NCBI GenBank assembly: GCA_017482195.1
Contig: JAFUNM010000046.1
Location: 67,931 to 124,013 of the forward strand
DNA length: 56,083 nt
Source of the DNA: Clostridia bacterium
GTDB taxonomy: Bacteria; Bacillota; Clostridia; Oscillospirales; QAKW01
Direction of reading: 5' to 3'
Shown: positions 41,245 through 50,566 of the stretch, piece by piece
Layout: each line of letters begins with the position of its first letter
Position numbering within the stretch: position 1 is the stretch's first letter
Program-made: the position numbers and the translations under genes
Notes under the pieces: generated by a model
Database searches by the model: none
Told to the model about the DNA's origin: nothing
Seen by the model: the letters and a program-made list of their open reading frames with translations, nothing else

Positions 41245-42419
41245 TTCACAGACACCATTTTTCTTGTTTCATCTTTAGAAAAGCCATAAACTTCTCGCAT
41301 TTGTCCGGAAATATGAGAAACATCAAAGGCCCAGGCACTCTCCTGCACCTTGGCAGACAATTCTTTCCGCAGTTTCTCACTATTAATTAGTTTGGAAATC
41401 GCAGTTGCAAAAGCATTTACATCTTTATAGTGACATAAAAAACCATTTGTTTCATTGATCACATCCACATTTCCGCGAACAGTGGAAACAACTGCCGGCA
41501 ATCCGCTGGCAGCCGCTTCTGCCAAAGCAATCGGTAATCCTTCGCGGGTGGACGGATGACAAAACACATCTGCTATTCGATGCAAAGCAGCAATATCTTG
41601 CACATATCCAATTAAATGCACGCGTTCACTTAAACCAAGACGTTCGGCAAGTATGATCAAATCATCGCGGTTACCGCCGGTTCCCGCCACCACATAATGG
41701 AGATCCGGATCTTGAATCTTTGCCATAGCTTTAATAATCACACAATGATTTTTTAATGCATACAGTTCACCAACAGAAAGTAAAACCTTATCCGTCTCTT
41801 TTAGACCATATTTTTTCCTTTCTTCCATGCGATCTGCATTGCATTCTGCAAAGCGACGATAATCAATACCTACACTATTGGTATAGTAGATCTCCGGTAC
41901 TTTTTTGAATTTCCGTTTTGCTAAATTATAATCCTCTTTATTAATCGTCACCAAAACATCGGTAAAACGAGACAGGAACCATTCGATAGGATAGTAGATC
42001 ATCCAATCCTTTTTAGAGCCACCCTTATAAAAGAAGAAACCGTGAGCAGTATAAAGAACTTTTGTCCCTCTTTTACGGTATTTAGATGCCGCAAGGCGTA
42101 CAATAACACTAACTACCGGATTATGACAGTGGATCAGATCAAAATGGTGCTCTTTTAACAAATCCCTTAATACAACATAAGCGTCAATGTTGCACTTTTT
42201 AAAAGGACTTCGTTCAACCGGAAAATGATGCAGATACAGCCCTCTGCGTTCCCAGTCTTTAATACAAGCCTGGGTCTGCTCCGGTGAAATCTTACTGTTT
42301 TTCTCCATGTTACAAGCCAGATGAACTTCATAACCTTCTTCTAATAAAAGCTGAATATTACTTTCCAGAAACAGATGGATCATAGATACAGCATTTGCAA
42401 TGATCAACGCTTTCTTCAT
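41241..42419 (-). CDS. GT4-like glycosyltransferase
   Basis: DLIHCHNP, YTAHGF, INKEDY, PSTREGLPIALAEA; start ATG 42419 with GGAGG RBS. Confidence 0.92.
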   Translation of the reverse strand: MKKALIIANAVSMIHLFLESNIQLLLEEGYEVHLACNMEKNSKISPEQTQACIKDWERRGLYLHHFPVERSPFKKCNIDAYVVLRDLLKEHHFDLIHCHNPVVSVIVRLAASKYRKRGTKVLYTAHGFFFYKGGSKKDWMIYYPIEWFLSRFTDVLVTINKEDYNLAKRKFKKVPEIYYTNSVGIDYRRFAECNADRMEERKKYGLKETDKVLLSVGELYALKNHCVIIKAMAKIQDPDLHYVVAGTGGNRDDLIILAERLGLSERVHLIGYVQDIAALHRIADVFCHPSTREGLPIALAEAAASGLPAVVSTVRGNVDVINETNGFLCHYKDVNAFATAISKLINSEKLRKELSAKVQESAWAFDVSHISGQMREVYGFSKDETRKMVSVK

Positions 42420-42480
42420 AAAATGAATCCCTCCTGTGTTTTTAAAACACAAATTGGCTTCTGCCAACACATTTATTTAA

Positions 42481-42509
42481 AGTATACTTCAAATGCAACA
42501 AACCTTCAA
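42481..42509 (-). promoter_or_regulatory. Candidate promoter of the polysaccharide operon
   Basis: TTGAAG-17 nt-TATACT. Confidence 0.55.
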
Positions 42510-42573
42510 GGCTTCCTTTTTTCCAAAAGAGGAAATATCCTCCCCCAAAAAACAAAGCATTCAAGGTTTTTGC

Positions 42574-42611
42574 AGCCATACTGCACCGCCTTCGGGCGGT
42601 GCAGTATGGCT
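42574..42611. terminator. Strong hairpin after the 2545-aa gene
   Basis: 17-bp stem AGCCATACTGCACCGCC-ttcg-GGCGGTGCAGTATGGCT; the T-tract follows only on the plus strand. Confidence 0.6.
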
Positions 42612-42635
42612 TTTAGATTTAACAACTTAAAGGCA

Positions 42636-45600
42636 TTATCCTTCTACATAAACGGTGATATAAGCATCCTTTGTAACATCACCCAACGTGTAGTTCACAA
42701 CAAAGGTGTAATAACCGGCATCGGAGAGAGTCACCGTGTAGCCGTCCTTCGGTCCGAAGTGGCTGGTGTTGTTCAATCTCTTGGCAACAAAATCATTCCA
42801 ATTGGTAATGGTTACTTCTTCCGTTCCCATATAGCCGACATACATCTTGTTGACCTTGGTTCCGTTGTAGTTCAAAGCAGCAATATTCCCGTCTACTGCG
42901 ATCTTGGGTATACCAAGGGCCAGATCCTCTTCCTTTACTTCTACGGTGTAAATAGCATCCTTAGTGGCGCCGTTTACATTGTAGTTTATAACGAAACGCC
43001 AATATCCGGCCTGATCCAAATTATAAGTTTGACCATGATTGTCACCAAAGCAGGATGTAAAGGTATCTCCGGTATCGGCAATAAAGCCATTGAAATCCTT
43101 ATACTTGGTGTTCTCCGTTCCGATATAACCATAGTATACCTTTGCGGTATAGTCGTAGTTATCAGTCAGTACTGCCACATTGCTCAGTGCTTCATTGCTG
43201 ATGGAGGGAGCCTCGGCGGGAGTACCGGTATAAATTGTACAAATATAGTCTACCCACTGCCCGTCCTTCTCATAGTTAAGCAGGAACCGATAGTAACCCG
43301 GCTTATTCATGATATAGCCTTCATTGTCTTTTACATCATAATCGGGCAGATAAGTATCGCCAATCCGCTCTAAGAATTCATACCAGTTTACATACTTATA
43401 ATTTTCTTCACCGATATAGCCCCAATACAGCTTACGAACCTTCATGCCGTTCTTGTTCAGCCAAGCGACCTTACCATCCTCGCTGGCCTCTAGATACGGT
43501 CTGCCGTAGTTCTCATCAATGGAACCGGCCACCTGCAGGGTGTAATAAGCTTCTTTGGTTGCTCCCGCGGCATCCGTATAACGAACAACAAAGGTATAGT
43601 AACCGGGTTTGGTCATCGCATAGGTCTCACCGTTGATAGGAGCAAAGTCTGCCGTATAGGTATCCGTTGCGCTGACTGCGCTGTAGAATGCATTCCAGGT
43701 GGTACACTCCATGTACTCTGTGCCGATATAACCCCAATAAACACGGGTGGTCTCCAGCCCATTGGTATGCAGCACGCCCAGGTTCACATTCTCTTCCGAA
43801 ACCGCCATATAGGGCTTGTCGGTGGGATACTCAACGACCTCGGCGGTCACGTTGGCAGTAGCAGTACCGGCAACGGTATTCAAAGCCTCAACCGTTTCAC
43901 CGTTTACGGTGCAATCCTTTACGGTAGCGGTAACGGAGACCTCACCGGCGGCGGCTGCAGCGAAGGAAACGGTAGCGGAGGTGCCGGAAACGGAGATGAT
44001 CAGATTACCATTCTCGTCCACGCTGCCTGCAGTATTATCAGCAGAAGCAGTCATATTCAGGTTAGAGGTTTCCAGAACCACGGTGAAGCCTTCCACATTG
44101 GCATCAGCCTTCGCATTCAGGTTCAGGACGATGGTATCAGCAGTCTTGTATTCTGCTGCATCGAAGGTGATCTCAACGGGAGCGGTAATGCTCTCGGCAG
44201 AGCCTTCCACCACTTCCGTCCAGGTATTCACACCGCAGACTTCACAGACATAAACATTCTTCGCCAGTTCGAAGTAGGTAGCAGCCACATAATCGGGGGT
44301 TGCATCGGTACAGGGAACTGCATAATTATGAGTCTCATTGGTACAGCCTTCGACATCGCAGACCACATAGTGGTTTTTAGTGTCCTCGGGCTTGGTTTCA
44401 ATGTGATTGCCCTCATGAACAGCAGCGGTCAAAGCTACTGTATCGGTACCGCCGGAAACATTCAGAGGAGCCGTATAGGTCAGGTCGCCCAATACGACTT
44501 CTGCCACTTCGCCGGAGATGGAAGCCTCGCCGGCCTCATCGGTGATTACATCGAAAGTCAGGGTGAACGCGCCCTCGGTCAAAGCCATACCGTCAACAGA
44601 GTTGATGGTCACATTCAGCAGACCGGGGATGGCCGTTCCGGTGGCTTCATCCATGGCGGGAGCAACGGTGATCATTGCGGAAGCGGGGCCGGAAGCAGAT
44701 ACATAAGCCAGCTTCTCAGCATCAAAGGTCACGGTAGCGGTCATGGCGGCGATATCTGCTGCCAGAACCACATTCAGAGTAGCCGCAACCATCTCATCAG
44801 TGGTATAGGAATCGGCGTTGAACACCACATCCAATACAGTAGGTGCATTGGCGGCAGAAGCCTCATCCTCGGTCTCCCAGGTATTTACGCCGCAAACTTC
44901 GCAGACATAAACATTCTTACCCAGCACGAAGTAGGTGGGATCCACATGATCGGGATTCTCATCGGTACAGGGAACCGCATAGGTATGGCCCTCCACGGTA
45001 CAGCCTGCATTGTCACAAACCACATAGTGGTTTTCCTTATCGTCTTCTTTGGTCTCAATATGAGTACCCACATGCTCTGCAGCGTTGTAGGTGGTATCTG
45101 CGGTGTAAACGGCATCCCAATCGATGGTTACCGCCTCCCCGGCAGTATTCAGCCAGTTCTCACATCCAATCAAAGTCTTTGCGGTATCATCCGCTACCAG
45201 AACACCGTTGGCATCGGTAGCCAGAATGATTTTACCGTTCAGCAGATTGAAGGTTACGAAATATGCGCTCTGCTCTTCTGCAGCCTGAACAGGAGTACCG
45301 TCTGCCAGTGTCCAATCGGCCGTGGTATTGGCATTGTACATAGCCAGAGCGGTGTAGGTGCTCAAGGCAGTGATTTCTTCAACAGTCGTCTCACTGCCTT
45401 CATTTAACAACATTTCGGTATCTGCCATTACAGCGTCGGTTGTATTGACTGCGGCAGGATCATTGTTGTCCCAGATCATATGGCTGATAGGAACCAAAGC
45501 AGCCGTATCAGAAACATCTGTCCCGCGCAGGTTATTGACACTGTAAACATTCTTCACATTGAAGGTTCTTCCGGTACCTGCATAGAAGGTCGTCAAAACA

Positions 45601-48600
45601 GCACTTCTGTCTGCATCGTCATTCTGCACCAGATTGTTGGCCATCAGAATGTTTTCAAAGTTCAAAGTATAATCATACTCGTTCAAGTCCGCGATCAGCA
45701 GACCGCCGCCGCGGTTGGCAATATTATTGGACAGCAACCGGCTGTTTGCAACAACGATATCCTTAAAGCTTAAGGTATAACCGGGCCATCCCTTGTATTC
45801 GCCGACAAACAAGCCGTTTCCTTGTACTTCGCTGCCGGCCGCAGCAGCATCCACGGTACAATTGATCACACTGCAGTTCTCAAAGGTCAGATTCCCTTCC
45901 TTGCCGTTCTGGAAGCCCATGAAAAATGCATTATTTTTTACGGCAGACATCTTGGAATCGATTACATGCACATTCTCAACAATGGACGTTCCGCCGCCGG
46001 TCAGGACATTAACACCAAGGATCATACCGTAGTTACCGTCCGGAGTGGGAATATCGGCACTCTTAAAGGTAATATTCCGGATCTCATTGCCGGGAAGTAA
46101 AGTAATAAAGGAAGTAGTGGAGTTATAACCGATGATGTTATGATTCTCACCGTCCAGATTCACGCCGGCACTCAAATTAAAGCCGACGAACTGGCTGGCA
46201 AAGGTAGCAGATGCGGATGCATTATACTCGGTGATATTCAGATCACTAATAATGTAAAGGGTATCCCCTTCGGTGAATTTGGAAATATTAGCAGCCGCCC
46301 AGATCAACTCATCTACGGTAGAGATCGTGAATGCGGTAGCATCGGCAAAGTTCTCCACCTGACCGACAGGAACCTTCATGGCTGCCACCGCTTCAACGGT
46401 GGTGGTGCGGGGAGTAACCTCAACGGTCAAACCTTCGGCATTCACACCCAGAACCGTGCCCAAAGCAACTTCGATGGGCAGTTCAGCAGCAAGCGCATCT
46501 TCTGCAATGGTAAATTCCAGAGTGATGGAAACAGCGCCCGGAGTACCGTTCTGAGACAGTACATTTAGAGTCAGCGTACCGTCGTTGACACCCACGCTGC
46601 ACCAATCGGCATCTACGCCCACATAGGTCAGCTTGGCAGCATCATAAGTAACGGTGGCATCATAGCCAAGAATTCCGGCATCCTCATTCAGCGCGATGGT
46701 AACCTTTGCGGTCTCGCCTGCCACATAAGGGGAATCCTTATCAAAAGTCACGCTGAAGGGAGCGGGGCTGACAGAACTGTTATCTGCCACAGACCAATTT
46801 CCTTCACAGACTTCACAGGTATAACCGATCTCGGCGGGAGTATAGTAACCGGCAGCCACATCGTTCTCAGCCTTCGGTACTGCGGTACAGGTCACACCGG
46901 TAGCGGCATGCTCGCAGTCGCCCTCGGAACAAACGACATTATGGGTCCCGTCGTTATTGGATACATATTCCAGGGTATAGTCCAAAACATAGGTGGTATT
47001 TTCGGTATAAACCTCATCCCAGTTTACAGTCCAGGAGGATTCCGCACCTTCTACCTTCCAGGTCTCTTCTTCGATCAGAGCCTTGGTCGCATCATCTGCG
47101 ACGATCTTTCCGGTAGCGGCATCGGTACCCAGCTGAACGGTTTCATCATTCAGCTTGAAGGTTACAATATAAATGGTGACATCGCTGCCCACATATACGG
47201 GAACACCGTTTTCAGCAGCCCAGTCGTTGGTGGTGTTGGCATTCATTTTAGCCAGAGCAACATCGATGGGATAACTGCCGACTTCATAAACGGGGTTCTC
47301 AATGACTGCATCCGCCTTATTGCCGCTCAGCAGCACAGCAGGAGCCTCACCGTTTACTGCTGCATTGGAAACATACAGATCATTGACATTAATGGTCAGA
47401 GCATTGGTATCATTACGAGAGCCGGCAATAATTGCAGGACTGCAGGTAGAAGTTTCATTGCGGGTATAGTTGACCACAGCAACATTATCTACATTAAATG
47501 TAATCCCTCCGGAAACCTTGGGATAGAAATGGCCGACAAGGATACCGCCGTCGCGCTCTGCGTTGGTCGTATCGGAGTTTACGGTAATATCCTTAAAGAC
47601 GCAATTTTTAACAGTGACCGCACCGGCATCACCGATCGCACCGGTAATAATACCCAAGCCATTGGATTTCAGCCCTTCGCCATGGCTCAAGGTACAATCC
47701 ACAGCGCTGGAGTTTTCAATGATGATCGTTCTGGTTTTAGCATGGTTATAACCAAAGAAGATACCGCCGATACCGCTATTCACTGTCGAAATAACCTGCG
47801 CACCGCTGATATGAACATTGGACACGGTAAGCGTATTATTCTGAGCAGGACCGGTCAATCCGCTCAACACACCGGGATAGTTTGACTGAATCACCGGATC
47901 CACAATGTTTAGATTTTTAATATCGCCGGAAACATAGCCGAAAATACCGGAAACATTATCCGCGCGAGTGCCCTGATAGTAAGCGAAATTCTTAATGGTA
48001 TAGCCTTGGCCGTCGAAATCAGCCTTCAAAGAGGCTGCTACCGTCTGATTGGTACCGAAGGGTACATAAGTCTTCGCAAATGCCTCCTGAGCGGAAGTAT
48101 AGGTTGCGGTATCATAGACATAGTCGTTGATATCAATATCATTTGCCAGATAAAGGGTGTCACCCTCTGCAAAAGAAGCCCACTTTTGAGCCGCAAAGAT
48201 CAGCTCTTCAGGAGTAGAAATCGTGAACTCGGTAGCAACATCATTGGTCTCAACCTCCTTAACGGAAACCTTACCGCCGATGATGGCATTTGCCGTAACA
48301 GAAGGAGTCATAGGCGCCAGAGCACCCTCGTTTACATTTGAAACGGTCACCGTTACGGGAGCCTTTACACCGGCCGCTTCCGTTGCAACCGTGAAGGTCA
48401 AGGTCGTGCTGTCGGTCAGATCGGTCAACTCAATGGTCCCCTCAGCGCCTTCATAGGTCAGCTTGGCCGTATCGTAAGTAACCGTGGCATCGTAAGAAGT
48501 GATCCCGGCATCGTCAACCGTATCAACGGTAACGGTAACGGTATCGCCTGCCATATAAAGCTCCTGATCCACAGTCACACTGAAGGGAGCGGGGCTGGAG

Positions 48601-50273
48601 CCTTCGATCTTTTCCGTCCACTCGCCAAGGCAGACTTCGCAAGCATAGCCTTCTACACGGAGAGAATAATAAGTGGCGGGAACATCCTTATTGTCTACAT
48701 CGATTACGGTACAAGCAACACCGGTTGCGGCATGCTCGCAGTCCCCCTCGGAACAGCTAACATCATGCGTACCGTCTTCATTGCACACATAGGTCAAAGA
48801 GAAATCAGGAATATATACCGTATCAGCAGTTACCGCAGTAGTCCAAACGTCGGCAACACCTTCGCCGGTACTTTCAACTCTCCAGGACTCTGCATCAACG
48901 ACCGCCTTGGTCGTCTCGTCGATCACGGGAAGACCGGTAGCAGGATCGGTACCGACAATGACGGTCTCCTCCAACAGCTTGAAGGTTACTGCATAGGGAA
49001 CCGCATCGGCAGCAGGAGTGGGAACGCCGTTGGTATCCAGAGTCCAATCAAAATCGGTGTTCTGGTTCATGAGAGCCAGAGCCGCGTTGGCATTAAAGCC
49101 GTTCAGATTGTTCTCGTTTACAATCGATGCCGCGCCGTCTTCTACAACATTTACAACAGCCGGGTCGGTAACGCAATTGTTGACGGATTGGGTCGCCGCA
49201 CTGTTGGCAGCCACAGCAAACAGATCCGGCATCGCAACCGTAGCAGTCGTAACGTTCGCCTCGGCAGACATCATATTGCCCACCGCATAGATATGGTTTG
49301 CATTGATAAATGTATAGCTGGCATTTTTACCGTAGCTGGCGATAATGGAGGTACTGTCATGCGCATTCGTACCGTTGCTGCCGTAGTTAACAAATTTACA
49401 GTCAATGGCAGCAACATTTTCAAAATTACCGGTAACAGCCGTTCCGCTGCTCTGCCGTTTCAAGTCACCGACCAGGATACCGGCACCGTTGTTGTTACCA
49501 TAGGTATAGGTACCGGAAACCGTACTGTTATAAGCCACGCAATTGGTTAGATAAAAAGTGTTCGTATGGTCGATACGGCCGGCAAACAAACCGGTACCGG
49601 GAACGATAGCGACCGTATTATTTTGATTATAAGTATTGCTTACCGTGGTATTGATAACGGAGCTGTTTTTGATCGTAACCGTTGCTCCGCTCCCGCCATT
49701 CTGTAATGCAAAAATAGCAGCCGATCTTTGGTTGCCGGACTGGGTAACCGTGGAGTTGCGGACATGGATATTATCCATAACGACCGTCGCACCGGTACCG
49801 ACACGTTTCACAAGGATCGCACCCTCCAGATTCGTCAGGGTCAGATTGGCACCTTCAAAATTCAGGTTGGAAACATTACCGTTCAACGAAGTGATCATGG
49901 AATGGGTATCTGCATAGCCGATAATAGTATTCCCCAAACCGTTCAGATCAGCATTCAGAGTGCTGAAACCGACAAAAAGATCCTTAAACTTGGTTTCAGC
50001 CGTTTCGTTGTACGCAGTGATGTCCAGAGCGGATGCCAAATACAACGTATCATTGGCATCCCAGAAGCCTGCGTTAGACGCCGCATAGATCAAATCGTCA
50101 ACGCTGGTGATCTTGTAGTTCTGGGCACCGTCTTCCGCCGCGCCGATTTCCGCAACGGATTTCATGGAATCCAGATCCACCTCTTCCGCAGCCGCAGGCA
50201 ATACGATGCAGGTCAGCATGGAGATGACCATCATCACAGCCAGCAGAGCAGAAAGCCAATTTCTTCTGTTCAT
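42636..50273 (-). CDS. Giant secreted modular surface protein A (2545 aa): 3 beta-helix-like domains, 4 His/Cys fingers, 4 cohesin-like domains, 4 C-terminal Tyr-rich repeats
   Basis: Sec signal ending LPAAA-E; AGGAGG RBS; repeated FTIST..ELI.AA...GDTLYL..D.DI domain starts; CEVC motifs; ATVT(Y/F)D..KL.Y motifs. Confidence 0.9.
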   Translation of the reverse strand: MNRRNWLSALLAVMMVISMLTCIVLPAAAEEVDLDSMKSVAEIGAAEDGAQNYKITSVDDLIYAASNAGFWDANDTLYLASALDITAYNETAETKFKDLFVGFSTLNADLNGLGNTIIGYADTHSMITSLNGNVSNLNFEGANLTLTNLEGAILVKRVGTGATVVMDNIHVRNSTVTQSGNQRSAAIFALQNGGSGATVTIKNSSVINTTVSNTYNQNNTVAIVPGTGLFAGRIDHTNTFYLTNCVAYNSTVSGTYTYGNNNGAGILVGDLKRQSSGTAVTGNFENVAAIDCKFVNYGSNGTNAHDSTSIIASYGKNASYTFINANHIYAVGNMMSAEANVTTATVAMPDLFAVAANSAATQSVNNCVTDPAVVNVVEDGAASIVNENNLNGFNANAALALMNQNTDFDWTLDTNGVPTPAADAVPYAVTFKLLEETVIVGTDPATGLPVIDETTKAVVDAESWRVESTGEGVADVWTTAVTADTVYIPDFSLTYVCNEDGTHDVSCSEGDCEHAATGVACTVIDVDNKDVPATYYSLRVEGYACEVCLGEWTEKIEGSSPAPFSVTVDQELYMAGDTVTVTVDTVDDAGITSYDATVTYDTAKLTYEGAEGTIELTDLTDSTTLTFTVATEAAGVKAPVTVTVSNVNEGALAPMTPSVTANAIIGGKVSVKEVETNDVATEFTISTPEELIFAAQKWASFAEGDTLYLANDIDINDYVYDTATYTSAQEAFAKTYVPFGTNQTVAASLKADFDGQGYTIKNFAYYQGTRADNVSGIFGYVSGDIKNLNIVDPVIQSNYPGVLSGLTGPAQNNTLTVSNVHISGAQVISTVNSGIGGIFFGYNHAKTRTIIIENSSAVDCTLSHGEGLKSNGLGIITGAIGDAGAVTVKNCVFKDITVNSDTTNAERDGGILVGHFYPKVSGGITFNVDNVAVVNYTRNETSTCSPAIIAGSRNDTNALTINVNDLYVSNAAVNGEAPAVLLSGNKADAVIENPVYEVGSYPIDVALAKMNANTTNDWAAENGVPVYVGSDVTIYIVTFKLNDETVQLGTDAATGKIVADDATKALIEEETWKVEGAESSWTVNWDEVYTENTTYVLDYTLEYVSNNDGTHNVVCSEGDCEHAATGVTCTAVPKAENDVAAGYYTPAEIGYTCEVCEGNWSVADNSSVSPAPFSVTFDKDSPYVAGETAKVTIALNEDAGILGYDATVTYDAAKLTYVGVDADWCSVGVNDGTLTLNVLSQNGTPGAVSITLEFTIAEDALAAELPIEVALGTVLGVNAEGLTVEVTPRTTTVEAVAAMKVPVGQVENFADATAFTISTVDELIWAAANISKFTEGDTLYIISDLNITEYNASASATFASQFVGFNLSAGVNLDGENHNIIGYNSTTSFITLLPGNEIRNITFKSADIPTPDGNYGMILGVNVLTGGGTSIVENVHVIDSKMSAVKNNAFFMGFQNGKEGNLTFENCSVINCTVDAAAAGSEVQGNGLFVGEYKGWPGYTLSFKDIVVANSRLLSNNIANRGGGLLIADLNEYDYTLNFENILMANNLVQNDDADRSAVLTTFYAGTGRTFNVKNVYSVNNLRGTDVSDTAALVPISHMIWDNNDPAAVNTTDAVMADTEMLLNEGSETTVEEITALSTYTALAMYNANTTADWTLADGTPVQAAEEQSAYFVTFNLLNGKIILATDANGVLVADDTAKTLIGCENWLNTAGEAVTIDWDAVYTADTTYNAAEHVGTHIETKEDDKENHYVVCDNAGCTVEGHTYAVPCTDENPDHVDPTYFVLGKNVYVCEVCGVNTWETEDEASAANAPTVLDVVFNADSYTTDEMVAATLNVVLAADIAAMTATVTFDAEKLAYVSASGPASAMITVAPAMDEATGTAIPGLLNVTINSVDGMALTEGAFTLTFDVITDEAGEASISGEVAEVVLGDLTYTAPLNVSGGTDTVALTAAVHEGNHIETKPEDTKNHYVVCDVEGCTNETHNYAVPCTDATPDYVAATYFELAKNVYVCEVCGVNTWTEVVEGSAESITAPVEITFDAAEYKTADTIVLNLNAKADANVEGFTVVLETSNLNMTASADNTAGSVDENGNLIISVSGTSATVSFAAAAAGEVSVTATVKDCTVNGETVEALNTVAGTATANVTAEVVEYPTDKPYMAVSEENVNLGVLHTNGLETTRVYWGYIGTEYMECTTWNAFYSAVSATDTYTADFAPINGETYAMTKPGYYTFVVRYTDAAGATKEAYYTLQVAGSIDENYGRPYLEASEDGKVAWLNKNGMKVRKLYWGYIGEENYKYVNWYEFLERIGDTYLPDYDVKDNEGYIMNKPGYYRFLLNYEKDGQWVDYICTIYTGTPAEAPSISNEALSNVAVLTDNYDYTAKVYYGYIGTENTKYKDFNGFIADTGDTFTSCFGDNHGQTYNLDQAGYWRFVINYNVNGATKDAIYTVEVKEEDLALGIPKIAVDGNIAALNYNGTKVNKMYVGYMGTEEVTITNWNDFVAKRLNNTSHFGPKDGYTVTLSDAGYYTFVVNYTLGDVTKDAYITVYVEG
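42639..43817 (-). repeat. Four tandem ~90-105-aa repeats, consensus (K/R)(V/L/M)Y(W/Y/V)GY(I/M)G.E...W..F...GY(Y/W).F(V/L)(V/I/L).Y
   Basis: Read from the translation; approximate units 43503-43817, 43209-43502, 42912-43208, 42639-42911. Confidence 0.9.
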
Positions 50274-50411
50274 GAATTCTTCCTCCTAAATTTGTGAGCA
50301 CATCCCTTCAAATGCCCTCATTATTACCCAAACGGCAAAAATTGCCGAAAAAGCCAATAAAAAGTCTACCCCTGACCATGGTTTTGCGTAGGGGCATACT
50401 TATACACCTTT

Positions 50412-50440
50412 ATTTTAGCACTTTAACACTCCTTTTTCAA
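50412..50440 (-). promoter_or_regulatory. Promoter of giant protein A, giving a ~130-nt leader
   Basis: TTGAAA-17 nt-TAAAAT with TG extended -10. Confidence 0.65.
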
Positions 50441-50513
50441 CAGTAAAATGTTGTTTTTACCAAACAATTTGTGACATTTGCGCAAATTTCAATTCTTATT
50501 CTCTGTAAAAAGA

Positions 50514-50547
50514 AAGATCCCGCAGCGCCGAAGCGCTGCGGGATCTT
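50514..50547 (-). terminator. Intrinsic terminator of giant protein B
   Basis: 15-bp stem with a C(UUCG)G loop on the minus strand, followed by TCTTTTT. Confidence 0.9.
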
Positions 50548-50566
50548 ATTCAATTCAGGTTACACC

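Noticed and set aside
9438-42470. Extended N-termini in the ORF track for ribF (10391), DHH (12204), rimP (17172), DUF4340 (19379), aspS (24262), U32 (30991) and the first GT (42470)
   Set aside because: They overlap neighbouring genes or promoters; downstream starts with an RBS or stop/start coupling fit better
50360-50400. c-di-GMP-I riboswitch suggested by ACGCAAAACC
   Set aside because: The upstream GGCAAA and GNRA-loop stem are not present; kept only as a structured-leader finding
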